Of a stretch of 64,000 nucleotides of DNA, positions 1 to 11,324 are shown one piece after another (position 1 is the first letter of the stretch; each line of letters begins with the position of its first letter). The translations under genes were made by a program, and so were the position numbers. Source of the stretch: Cyanophora paradoxa CCMP329 (Eukaryota; Plantae; Glaucophyta); NCBI GenBank assembly GCA_004431415.1, contig QPMI01000435.1, positions 124,001 through 188,000 of the forward strand, given 5' to 3'. A model generated the notes under the pieces. It did no database searches. It was not told the origin of the DNA and saw only the letters and a program-made list of their open reading frames with translations.

Positions 1-1800
1 GCGGCGGGGGTGCGACACGCGAGAGGGGCCCCGTGGCGGGCTCCGAGAAGGAGCGCCGCCGGGGGGTACGCAGGGCGGGGCGGCGAGCGGGGGGCGGGCG
101 TCGGGCGCTGCTGGCGGCGATAGGGCGCGTCTCCGTTCGCCGATCGACGCCGAGTCCTGCTGTGGGAGTACAGCTTCCGGGGCGGGCGAGAGCTGGGGGG
201 TACCCGAGAGCGCGACGAGGCTCAGAGCAGAAGCCTCGGGCGGCGGAGTCGCGTCTGCAGCGGCCGGGGCCACTGGCCTAGAAGGAGAGGGGGGCGCCGC
301 GGCGGCCGCCGTCGCGGCGGGGGGTACGACACCGCAAGAGGGGGCGTTGTGGCAGTCTCCCGGCAGGAGTGCCGCCGGGGGGGTACGCGGGGCGGGGGCG
401 GCGAGCGGAGGGAGGGCGTCGGGCGCCGCTGACGGCGATAGGGCGCGTCCCCGTTCGCCGATCGACGCCGAGTCCTGCGGTGGGGGTACAGCTTCCGGGG
501 CGGGCGAGGGCTGGGGGGTACCCGAGAGCGCGACGAGGCTCAGAGCAGAAGCCTCGGGCGGCGGAGTCGCGTCTGCAGCGGCCGGGGCCACTGGCCTAGA
601 AGGAGAGGGGGGCGCCGCGGCGGCCGCCGTCGTGGCGGGGGGTACGACACCGCAAGAGGGGACGTCGTAGCGGGCTCCCGGCAGGAGTGCCACCGGGGGG
701 GTACGCAGGGCGGGGGCGGCGAGCGGAGGGAAAACAAGAGCGGCGACGGGCGCCGTTGGCAGCGCCAGAGCACGTCTCACATCGCCGATCACCGCCGAGT
801 GCTGCGGCGGGCGTGTAGCTTCCGGGGCGAGCGAGGGCCGGGGGTACCCGAGAGCGATGCGGGGCGCGGGCGGGTGCCTCAGGCGGCGGGTCACGTCTGC
901 AGCGGCCGGGGTCGCTGGCCTTGAAGGGGAGGGGGACGTCGCGGCGGCCGCTGCCGCGGCGGGGGGTGCGACACCGCGAGAGGGGGCCCCGTGGCGGGCT
1001 CCGAGAAGGAGCGCCGCCGGGGGGGTACGCAGGGCGGGGGCGGCGAGCGGGGGGCGGGCGTCGGGCGCTGCTGGCGGCGATAGGGCGCGTCTCCGTTCGC
1101 CGATCGACGCCGAGTCCTGCTGTGGGAGTACAGCTTCCGGGGCGGGCGAGAGCTGGGGGGTACCCGAGAGCGCGACGAGGCTCAGAGCAGAAGCCTCGGG
1201 CGGCGGAGTCGCGTCTGCAGCGGCCGGGGCCACTGGCCTAGAAGGAGAGGGGGGCGCCGCGGCGGCCGCCGTCGCGGCGGGGGGTACGACACCGCAAGAG
1301 GGGGCGTTGTGGCAGTCTCCCGGCAGGAGTGCCGCCGGGGGGGCACGCGGGGCGGGGGCGGCGAGCGGAGGGCGGGCGTCGGGCGCCGCTGGCGGCGATA
1401 GGGCGCGTCTCCGTGCGCCGATCGACGCCGAGTCCTGCGGCGGGGATACAGCTTCCGGGGCGGGCGAGGGCTGGGGGGTACCCGAGAGCGCGACGGGGCT
1501 CGGAGCAGAAGCCTCGGGCGGCGGAGTCGCGTCTGCAGCGGCCGGGGCCACTGGCCTAGAGGGAGAGGGGGTCGTCGCGGCGGCCGCCGTCGCGGCGGGG
1601 GGTACGACACTGCAAGAGGGGGCGTCGTGGCAGTCTTCCGGCAGGAGTGCCGCCAGGGGGGTACGCGGGGCGGGGGCGGCGAGCGGAGGGAGGGCGTCGT
1701 GCGCCGCTGACGGCGTCGGGGCACGGCTTGGATCGCTGATCGGCGCCGAGTCCTGCGGCTGGGGTACAGTTTCCGGGGCGAGCAAGGGCCGGGGGGTACC
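1..1800. repeat. Coding tandem repeat with 318/324-bp units (higher-order period 960 bp), at least 5 units, running off the window start
   Basis: The motif (g/a)cgtctgcagcggccgggg recurs at 251, 569, 893, 1211 and 1529 (spacings 318, 324, 318, 318, all multiples of 3). Positions 121-340 equal 1081-1300. Confidence 0.95.
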
Positions 1801-1863
1801 CGGGAGCGCGGCGGGGCGCGGGGCGAAGGCCTCGGACGGCGGCGTCTGCATGGGGACCGGCAT
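1..1863 (-). CDS. Intronless Pro/Ala/Ser-rich protein with 106-108-aa repeats (partial; C-terminus outside the window); possibly a mobile-element ORF
   Basis: No stop codon in the stretches of this minus frame that I translated below 2424, and all repeat spacings preserve frame. First ATG is at 1863 (MPVPMQTPPSEAFAPRP...). The repeat reads ...AAPPSPSRPVAPAAADATPPPEAS... It is absent from the ORF track, consistent with having no stop in the window. Homopolymer indels occur below ~80. Confidence 0.55.
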   Translation of the reverse strand, partial: MPVPMQTPPSEAFAPRPAALPGTPRPLLAPETVPQPQDSAPISDPSRAPTPSAAHDALPPLAAPAPRTPLAALLPEDCHDAPSCSVVPPAATAAAATTPSPSRPVAPAAADATPPPEASAPSPVALSGTPQPSPAPEAVSPPQDSASIGARRRALSPPAAPDARPPLAAPAPRAPPAALLPGDCHNAPSCGVVPPAATAAAAAPPSPSRPVAPAAADATPPPEASALSLVALSGTPQLSPAPEAVLPQQDSASIGERRRALSPPAAPDARPPLAAPALRTPPAALLLGARHGAPSRGVAPPAAAAAAATSPSPSRPATPAAADVTRRLRHPPAPRIALGYPRPSLAPEATRPPQHSAVIGDVRRALALPTAPVAALVFPPLAAPALRTPPVALLPGARYDVPSCGVVPPATTAAAAAPPSPSRPVAPAAADATPPPEASALSLVALSGTPQPSPAPEAVPPPQDSASIGERGRALSPSAAPDALPPLAAPAPRTPPAALLPGDCHNAPSCGVVPPAATAAAAAPPSPSRPVAPAAADATPPPEASALSLVALSGTPQLSPAPEAVLPQQDSASIGERRRALSPPAAPDARPPLAAPPCVPPGGAPSRSPPRGPSRVSHPRR

Positions 1864-2875
1864 GGAGCAGGGGCTTGCGCCCTCTGTGGCGCTCTGCGCA
1901 AGAAAAGCAGTCCAGGGAAGGGGCGGGGGAGGTGTGACTGGCGAGGGGGGCGGGGACAGGCCAGCGGCGATTGGGACACCGAGCGCGAAGACAAAGCATA
2001 CCACGGTGGGTGCGGAGGAGAGTTGGAGGCCCAGGAGACGTTGCCGGCCGCGCCGGGCTGAGGCTACGCCGCAAGCAACGTACTCGTAGCTGTGGTGCGC
2101 GCGCGAGCGCTCGCGCGGGCGGCGGCAGCGGCGTCGGCGTCGTTGACGATCGCCGCGGATCTCAGCGTGGGCGATCGCCGCTGTACTCGGCGTTCTGGCC
2201 GCTGCGGGCGCCCGGCCACTCCCTTGCGAGTCAGACTGGCGCGATGTGCTAGCCGGCGCGTACCAGAAGACCAAGAGAATCGCCGTGTAGAGAGTGTAGA
2301 GCCAGTCGCCCACGAGGGGCAGAGACCGACTATCGGAGCGCGAAGCGCCTTGCGGCGCTAAGCGCGGTGGATAGATACGGGATGGCCTTTCAGCGATGCC
2401 CGCGGTTCTCTCGACGCTTCGAACTTAGTATGCCACCGTGGCACCTAGGCCTGCAGGCTGCAGCTGGCATGCAGCTGCAGCAGCTAGTGGCAGGCTGGCA
2501 GCCTAGTGCACGTGGCTGCGGCAGCTGTCGGGCCCCGGGGGTGAGTCGGGTCTACGCCGATATCGATGTCGACAGTGACTCGACACTCGACGTGTTCGCA
2601 CATGAGGGTTCATATTGGGTGCGACAAAACGGGGAACTGAATCGAAACTGCAAGCTCAGCCGGCCGTGTTAACCCGATTTTTTTCGCAAGTGTCCGCTTG
2701 CGTCTTAAGTAATAAGTTATAACTTAGTATTACCGTAATATGGCCAAAGTTTTCACATGTACAGTACGTGCTATAGGTGAATTCCCGAAGTAATTTAAAA
2801 TGCTGCTGATGCTTTCAACGACGAGTATTCTGACCAATACCCGGTACCTCTACACATATGCATATCGCGCAAGTG

Positions 2876-5874
2876 TCACTGGGGGCCCGCCGGGGCGCCG
2901 GCCCCCTCCTCCTCCTCCTCCTCCTGCTCGTCCTCCCCCTCGCCCTCCTCGCCCTCCTCCGCCCCCTCTCCCGCCGCCTCCGCCGCGGCGCCGGCAACGC
3001 CGCCGGCCTCCTCCGTCCACGCGTTCTCCCTGCGGATCTCCTCCTCCTCCTCCGGCGTGAAGTCGTTCCGGATGTTGAACGTTTGCCGGATCTCCTCGGG
3101 GGACTTGCCTGCCCCGGGGGTAAGCAAGGCAAGCTCGGTCACGGGAAGGCGAGCGGGCGGACCGCGGATCTTGTCGGCGATGGCCATGCAGCCGAGGTCG
3201 AGCAGCGGCTGCACCTCCAGCCGGTTCGCCGCCTGCGCCCCAGCCCCGCCCCCCTCAGCAAGGCCGGCGCGCGCTGCGCTGAGGGGGCAGAGGCGGGCGC
3301 GCCATGATGAGCGCGAAGATGGACTCGTTGTCGCCGGCGATGAACCTGCTCTCCCACGCCCGCACCGCCTCGGGCTCCTCGCGGCCGGCCTTGAGCGCGC
3401 GATAGCGGCAGAAGGCGACCAGCTTCCTCATCGTCGGCGCCGGGATGCAGCCGGCGGGCAGCCGCACGCCCTCCCCGTCCCCCGCGTAGTCTGCCCCCCG
3501 CCCCGCGTTGGGCCGGGCCGGCGGGCGAGGCCGGCCAGTCTATTAACAGACCGGGGCGCACCGGGTGCCTCCATCTCGCGCTTGAGGAAGCCGCTCAGCT
3601 CCGCCGCCGCGCGCTGCAGCTGCCGGGGGGGGGCTGAGCGCGAGCGGGAGGAACCCAGGGGCGGCGTGGAGCGCGCGCACCCGGAACGTGTGAGGCGGGA
3701 GGCGAACGCTCACGAGCGCTTCGCTTGGGCCGGCGACGGCGGCGGCCGCGGCGTCCACGCCCTGGGCCAAGGCCGGCGCGGCGTCGACGTGCGCGGCGGC
3801 GGCGGCCTCCGCCTGCTCCTCCGCGGGATCGCGGGGGGCCTGGGCGGGGTCCGGCCCCGGAGCAGCGAGGAGGGCCTCGAGGGCCTCGTCGGGCGTCCCG
3901 CGCGCCACGGCCCCGCCAGCGCCTGCGCCCCGCCGCCCCTCAGGCGCCGCCCGCGGAGGACAGGCGGCGGGGCGGCGGACCGCGACGGCGGCGGAGAACG
4001 AGTAGCGGTACCCCTCCAGCGCGTACGCGCGGGCGGCGCGGACGAGGCCGGCCGCGGGCGGCGGGCGGCGGGCCCGCAGGGCGCCGGCGAGGGCCCTCAG
4101 GAGCGCCCCGTGGTACCGGCCCGCAAACTCCTCGCTGGCACCTGCCTGCCCGAGCACCTGCGACCCCGCTCAGGCCGGCCGACAGCGCGCGGATCGCAAT
4201 GTAGTCAGACCCGCAGGACGGCGCCGGCGGCGGCCGGTCGGGCGGCCCCGCCGCGCGCCTCTGCCACCAGCGCCTCCGCAAGGCCCGCCGACATCGACGG
4301 CTGCGCGCGCGTGCCGCGGGCCGCGTCAGCCGGGCCGGCGCCGCCGGCGCGACGGGGGCAGCGGCGGCGGGGGCGCTGTGCACCGCGGCCGCGTCGAACG
4401 GCGCCTCGCGGAAGACACGCTTCGCTGCGAGGCGGTCGGTCAGCGGGGCGCCGGCGCGAGGGGGGTGACTGCTAGCGAGCTCGTGCGAGGGCCGGCGCAC
4501 CGGCGTCGGCGAGCGAAGGTAGGCCCTCGCGGGGCGCGTGGAAGAGGTCCTGGCGCCCTCGAGCCGTGAGGGGCGGCGTGGGGGCGGCCCCCGCCCCCGG
4601 CCCCCCGCCCGGCGCACGAGGTAGCGGAAGACGCGGAGGAGGACGCCCGTGAAGGCCGCGTAGGGCGCCCGCACCGCCGCCAGCGCCCCCGCCGCCTCCT
4701 CCAGCGGCCCCCCGCGGCACGGCACGCCCAGCACATCTGCCGCCCGCCCGTTACTCGCCCCGCCCACCCGGCGGGGGCGTGCGGCGCCCGCGCGGGCGCA
4801 CCCTCGAGGAGGGAGGTCGGGAGGGTGGCCGAGCGCTCAGCGATGATGCGGCGCGCTGCCTCTGGATACGCTTCGTACGCCCGCGCCGCCACGCGCTGCG
4901 CCCGATCGGTCGGCTCGCGCGGCGCGCGGCTCGCAGGGAGGCCAGCGGGCGCGCACGAATCCGGCGACGGCGAGGTCGTACGCCTTCTCGCTGCAGGGCG
5001 CCGGCGCGTCAGCCGCGCGGGCGGCCGCGGCAGAGCATCAGATGTGATAGCGCGCTGGGAGGCACCTGTTCTCCCCTCCCTCGCTCCCCGGAGCAGCGCA
5101 CAGCTCGTACGCCCACTGCGACGAGGGGTCGAGAGGGCCCGCGGGGGCAGCGCGGGGCGCGGGGGCGCACGTGGTAGGCGAGGGAGGGCTGCAGGGCGCA
5201 CACGTCCTCCGGGCGGAGGCCAGCGGGGATAAGGCCGGCGAGCGCCTGCACGAAGTCGGCGAGCCGCCCGAAGAGCTCCCCCCGCGCCGCCCCCGACGCC
5301 GGCGCCGCGACGCCCGCCGCGGCGAGCGCCCGCACGTCGTCGCCGGCGCCCCGCCAGACGCGCGCCCGCGCGAGCGCCCGCAGGCGCTCCGAGACCGGCG
5401 CGCACTGCAGGTACTCCGCCGCCATCACCGTCTCCCACAGCTCGTCGTCGGAGAGCGCGCCCAGCCGCGCGCTCAGCTCCGCCTCGGCGCCGCCGCCCGC
5501 GATCAGCGAGCACAGCCCCGAGATCCGCAGCACCGCTTCTCGGCTTGCAAAGCGCCTGTCGACGGGGAGAGGCGGCTGGTCTGCGCGTCCGGCCGCGGTC
5601 AGGCGGCCTTGGCGCGCACAGCGAGAGCTTGCGCATGCGCAAGCGGACCATCCCGGGGCTTGTGGATGTTGTCCGCTGCGAGAGCATCCTTGAGGAAGCC
5701 GCAGAGCTCGAAGCAGACCGCCTCGATGCCCACGCGAACGCTCGTGTCGTGGTCATCGGCCGCGGCCGCGGTCGGCGCCTCGGCAGCGTTCGCCTCCCGC
5801 CGACTGGGGACGAGGTAGTAGATCTCTCCACTCTGTTCAGCGACCGCGGATGACTGCTCTCGCTGGCGCTTCAT
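2876..5874 (-). CDS. SKP1-domain protein: N-terminal divergent SKP1/BTB-like region and C-terminal canonical SKP1 domain with acidic tail (spliced)
   Basis: C-terminal exons read ...[11 protein letters not shown]...[18 protein letters not shown]|[23 protein letters not shown]|[31 protein letters not shown], a textbook SKP1 dimerisation domain. An N-terminal exon reads [25 protein letters not shown]. That all exons form one gene is inferred. Confidence 0.7.
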
Positions 5875-6374
5875 TCGTGCCTGACCTCTGCCCACGGACC
5901 CCGGAATGAACGCGAGGAGACGCGCTGCAGGGGATGTTCGAGCTCGCAAGTGGCTCGAATCTGGCGGGCGGGTATCTTGCAATGCGCTCCTACGGCGTGG
6001 GACGCTCGCCTTGGAGTCAGCTGAAGTCAGTGGGGGAGCAATCCCAGCCGGGGGGAGCAATCCCAGCCGGGGGACAGGGGGAAAAAACACATTTGAACCG
6101 GGCGCGCCGCGATGTCGCTGCGCGAGTATCTCTCGACGGGCTCGGTCTACTTGCTTTTCACCGGCGCGATGGGAGCATGCACTGAGCCCGGCATCTTCAG
6201 GTCAGCGCTCCTAAAAGCCCGTGCTGATCATGAGCCGCGTGCGCCCGCCCGTACGCGTCTAGACTGAGCGCTGCCGCCCCGCAGTTCTACCAATCCGCGG
6301 GAAGAGGCCCGCAAGTTCTCGAGCTAGTGCGCTCCCGGCCGCTCGCGCGCCCGGCCATATGCATATGCATATGC

Positions 6375-7616
6375 ATGGAGCTCACCAACCGAGGTTTCCG
6401 CCAGTTTCGATTGCAACGCGTTAAAGCTACCGCTGCAAGTGTATTTGGATACGATGGCCGCTGTTCAAGCAGACGGGTCCGCACAAACCTAGGCTCTGGC
6501 TGCAGCTTGCAATTGGCAACCGCCGCGGCCGCGGCCGCGGCGTACGAGTCGCGCCTTGACGTGCGCGTGCTGCGCAGCCTTGAAGCCGGCAAGGCGGTCG
6601 TCAACGCGGCGCGGGAGTCGGACCCCAGCATCGGCGGCGGGGCGGACATGATCGACCTCGACGTACGGCGCTGGCTGGAGGGCGAGCTCGACGCCCGCAT
6701 GGAACGCTGGTTCGACAAAAGCAAGCAATCTATCGAACAGGTTCCTTGGCTGCTCGCGCATGCCCGGGCGTTCCGCTCAGTGCTTTGTCCTCCGCAGGCC
6801 AGCACAGCGGACGAGGCCATTCACGGGATAGACACTCTGCGCTCGCAGCTCCTCCTTGATGGCGAGTCGCTCTGGAGCACGCTGGACCCCGCTCGGGACC
6901 AGGGCTACAGTGCCATCATCCCCAAGGGCTCTCGCGAGGAGGAGGTACCCCCCTTCTCACCTGAGGGTCCATCGGTCGGAAGCTCTCGTGAATCCCGCGG
7001 CAGCTCGTGCTGGAGATGTGGGAGCGGTTCCCCGACATGTCGCCGGCGAACCGTCGCGATCTGAGCCGCAAGATCCACGTCCGCTCTCAGGCCATCGGGC
7101 AGTGCGCTCGCGCGCGCCTGGGGCGGGACCCACTGCGGGGCGGCCCACTGATGTGCCATTCCGAAGGTACATTTCGAGGCTCGACAAGCAGCTCCAGGGG
7201 AGGCCCCGCTGCCAGAAGAAAACCCCCGCGCAGGTTCGAGCCCCCGATCCGACGCGCACCGTGCCCCGCCGGATCCGACCCGTACCCTCAGGTCGAAGCA
7301 CTGGAGCGCCTGTTCGACGAACTGGACGGCGAGATTTCCATTCAGAACGCCCGCCACTGGGCCGCCGAGCTCGGCCTCGAGAAGGGCGAGCAGGTGCCTG
7401 TACCCCCTCAACTCCTCCCCCCCTTCCCCCCGGCCTGCCTCCCCACCCCACCCCTTCCGCTCAGGCCCCCGCGAGCAGATCAAGACGTGGTTCGCGCGGG
7501 AGCGGTCGAAGCGGGGCATGCCGAAGAGCAGCCTGTGGGAGCACGTGGTGGACCAGCACTGGGGGAAGGTCGAGCGCGAGCAGGCCCGCTCCGCCGCCCG
7601 CTTCGCGCCGTACTAG
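6375..7616 (+). CDS. Divergent homeodomain transcription factor (spliced)
   Basis: Spliced sequence RPRCQKKTPAQ|VEALERLFDELDGEISIQNARHWAAELGLEKGEQ|IKTWFARERSKR shows L16, F20, LGL and WF..R. Stop TAG at 7614-7616. Start uncertain (6375 or 6648). Confidence 0.7.
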
Positions 7617-8292
7617 CCATGAACCTCGTCGGTTTCTCTTTTCTTAGCTACTGTTGGTAGCGTAGGCTGCCGATCTTTCATTGTAAATGCGTCCTTCTGT
7701 TATAATTAGTTCTTTATTGCGTGCGCCGTACCTCTTCTTTATTGTTATATATGCAGAGTTCGATTTCGCTCTTGCGTGAAACAACATCTGAATGCGTACA
7801 ACTGATCCGGTACCGTCTACCGCGATTCGCGCGCGCGCGCGCGCCTGCAGCTAGCGCTCGGATATCGATGCGACTCGGCGAGGGCCGGGCGCTCGAGCTC
7901 GAGCTCCACGCCGGGGCGCCCACGCCTCGCTCGCTGAGCCGCGCCTGGAGTCTCAGAGTCTGGAACTTCTACGAACTATAGCTAGGCCCGGTACATGTGA
8001 TTCAGCGCTAGCGCTAGCCCCCGGCCTCGCGCGCCGCACATGCCGCAGCTGCATGCGCATGCGCAGAGCACTGCGGCGCACGCGCGCGCGCGCCGGCATG
8101 CGCATGCGCCGAATGCGAGCTCGGAGATCGGGCCGGGCCAGCTGCATCATGATCATGATCAAGCCGCATCATGGCATGCAGCAGCGCTAATTCCGAGAGT
8201 TGTCACTAATAAGAAAGTGTAAACGCCTGGCTGCAGCCAGCTGCGGGGGGGACAGCAAAACCCAGGGCGGGGGACAGCAAAACGCGACCATC

Positions 8293-11143
8293 ATGATCAG
8301 CAGCAGCGATCAGCGCACGCTGTTTGCGAGCGGAGCGTACGCGTACGAGCGGGCGACGACTTCGCCCGGCCCTCGAGGCGCACTTGCCGCGTACTTGCCG
8401 TACTTGCCTACAGGCACCCGTTGTTCAGCGGAGACAGCGAGGAGCATGGCGAGCTTGCCAACCTGGCCAACCTGGACTTGCGCTGCTGCGGCCGCGCCAA
8501 GGCGCTTCGAATTCAGGGGCCACGCGCTGCTGCGCAGCCCGCGTTTCCGCTGGGCGGCATACAAGCGGTCTCGGCTGCTAGCCATGCATATGCATATGGA
8601 TCGACTGGCGATGCAGCCGGCTTCGTCCGCGGTCGCCGATGCGAAAGCGCCGCCTCCGCCAATGCAACCGTCGGCTCGCAAGGCGCGCAGCGTCCCGTAC
8701 GTTTCGCAAGACGGTGAGCGACTGGCCTGCACTCTTGCACGACACCGCTCCGCCGCGCCGACGCCTCGCCGGCAGGAAGCATCCGCGCGGACGCGGACTT
8801 CGAAAGCGGCAACGGGCGCGTCGTCTCGGCGAGCGCGCAGGCGGGCGCGGGCGGCGAGAGCACGCTCTTCGTCGAGATCGAACGTGCGTCTCCGCCGCAC
8901 CCGCCCTCGCGTCCCCCGGGCCCCGGCGGGCCGACTCCGCGGCCGCAGCGGACACGAACGCGAAGGACTACCAGTGGTTCCACCTGCGCGTCCAGTGCGC
9001 CGCGGGCCGGCGGCTGTGCGTCGTCATCACGAACGCCAAGTGCGCCATGCCTCTCTACCAGCGGGACTGGACCGGTGCGGCGCGCGGGGGGGGAGGGGGG
9101 GGGGGGGGGGGGGGGGGCGGGCAAGCCTGCGGCCCTGCGCTCTGAGAACTCTCCCCCTCTGCACTCAGGGTACAGAGCCTACTGGACGGGGGGCGACCCG
9201 GAGGAGGCCGACGCGTGGGAGACGGCCGAGTCGACCTACAACGCCAACACGGGCTGGTTCAGGCGAGCCCCCGCGCCCCTCTGCCAGCGCCCTCCGACGG
9301 TCCGCCGGGCCCAACACGCCGCGGCCGCCGGCGCAGCTTCCGGCTGGAGACGCGCTCGGAGGAGACGCAGGTGGCGTTCTTCCCGCCCTACTCCCTCGCC
9401 CGGGCACGCCGCCGGCCCCGAGCCCCGCCCTCACCGCCCTCGCGCGCGGCCGCTGACGCCGGCCGCCAGGCCGAGGTCCTCGCGGAGCGGGCGGCGCGCA
9501 GCGGACGCTGCTCCGCCGCCACCATTGGATTCAGGTCGGCTCCCGCCCTCGCATCCCCGCCCCCGCCCCCGCTCGAGCTCGAGCGTGCGCGTATCCCCTC
9601 GCAGCGTGGAAGGCCGGCCGATCACGGAGCTGCACTTCCGCGCGCCGGGCCCCGCGGCCGAGCTCAGGTCGCCGGGCCGGAAGCACTTCTGGGTCATCGC
9701 CCGGCAGGTCCGCCCTCGGGCAGGGCGCGGCCGCCGATTTCGGTGCCCGCCTGACTGAGCAGTCCTGTACCCCGCAGCACTCGGGGGAGTCGATGGCGTC
9801 CCACTTCGCCGAGGGGCTCGTTTCGAGGCGCGGCGTACCCGGGCCGCGTTCGACGCCGTACCCCGGCAGCCCCGGGTCACGCCCGCCTCAGGCTGCTGGA
9901 CGAGGAGGACGCGGACGCGGGGCGGGTGCTGGCGGCCGCCGACGTCCACGTCGTCCCCGTCGTGAACCCGGGTTCGAAGCCCGCGGGGGCCTTTCGGCGC
10001 CCCGGCCCGACCATCCCTGCCCGCCGCAGATGGCGTGGCCTGGGGCAACCTGCGATACAACTTGTGCGGTCTCGACCTCAACAGGCACGCGCCGCCACGG
10101 CCCTTCGCCCCTCGAGCTCCCGCGCGCTGCGAGCGCTTCGGAGCGGCTCACGCGCGGGGCGGCGCAGGCAGTGGGCGGAGCCGGACCCCGCCCTTGCCCC
10201 CGAGGCGAGTCGCCCGCCGTCTCTCGCCTCCGCGCCGCCGCTGAAGCACCCCTCCGCAGGTGGCGTGCGTGCGGGGGCGCCTGGAGGAGACGGGCGCGCA
10301 CTTCCTCCTCGACGCCCACGGCGACGAGGGTCCGCCCAGCCGCCGAGCGTGGCCGCGCCGCTTCGGGGGGTACTCAACCACCCCGCAGCGATCCCGTACG
10401 TCTTCGTCGTACCCTCCTGCAGCGAGCCGGGGGCAGATGCCCCACGCGACGAGCGTCTAGGGCGTCTCACGGTGAGCGAGCGTCGTTGAGCGTGTACCCC
10501 CTGCAAAAGCGAGTCGATACCCCCGCGCACCACTTATCTGCGTATATACTCCCAGGACCTCTTTAAAGCGGAGTACGGTCGAATTAACGCGTGCTTTCAG
10601 GACAGGTGAGCCCGTGTCCCCTGCTTCCGCTCCCCTCGATACCCCCCCCCCCCCAACCCTTCCCTCCCGCTCCCTCCCCCTCCCTTCCCCCTCCCCCGCT
10701 CCCCCCCTCCCCTCCCCCTCCCCCCTCCCCCTCCCCCCTTCCCCTCCCCCTCCTCCCCCATACCCCCCGGAACCCTCCCACCCACACCCCTCCCTCTTCC
10801 TCGGCAGCATCACTCATCTCATTGGTGTCCCCCTCAGGTTCAGCTACGCGAACAAGCCGCCCGGGCTGGGGATGTCGTGCCCGCCGACGACGTACCCCGG
10901 CGTGGCCGCGAACCACGTGGCGCGGCGGCACGGCGCCCTCGCCGTCACCCTCGAGATGCCGTTCAAGGCCGGCCTGCCCCTCCCCTTCCCTCCGGTCCCC
11001 TCTGCCTTTCCGTGGCTGACACCTTTCCTGCGCAGGAGGCGGCGAACGAGGCCGACGCGCTGCGGGGCTTCGGGGCGGAGCGGTGCCGGCGCCTCGGGGC
11101 CGACCTCGTCGCCGTCCTCGCGGCCCTCGCCGGCGAGCTCTAG
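8293..11143 (+). CDS. M14 zinc carboxypeptidase of the CCP/Nna1-like (bacterial-type) subfamily, with an N-terminal extension (spliced)
   Basis: Motifs DFESGN, DYQWFH, FFPPYS, SVEGRPI, IARQ|HSGESMA (Zn His and Glu), VVNP|DG, NLCGLDLNR, LDAHGDE (Zn His) and TLEMPFK (catalytic Glu). Start codon uncertain. Confidence 0.88.
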
Positions 11144-11324
11144 CTCGTCGAGCCCTAGCGAGCCCTCAATTCGATCCGGTGCCTCCCATCGTTTCCCTCG
11201 ACCTCCTCGCGCTCCTCTCAAAAATTTCCCGCAGGCCGGAAGGGGAGATCGAGCTGGAGGGTGATCGCAAAATTGAAGGAGAGAGCTCGAGGGAGGGACT
11301 TGAAAACTCCAGATTTAAGCCGCC

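Noticed and set aside
857-2089. 410-aa plus-strand Gly/Ala-rich ORF
   Set aside because: Likely the antisense shadow of the longer minus-strand repeat ORF; this plus frame has a stop at 668-670.
2731-2850. TACCGTAA as another Tc2-like MITE end
   Set aside because: No convincing matching inverted terminus was found nearby.
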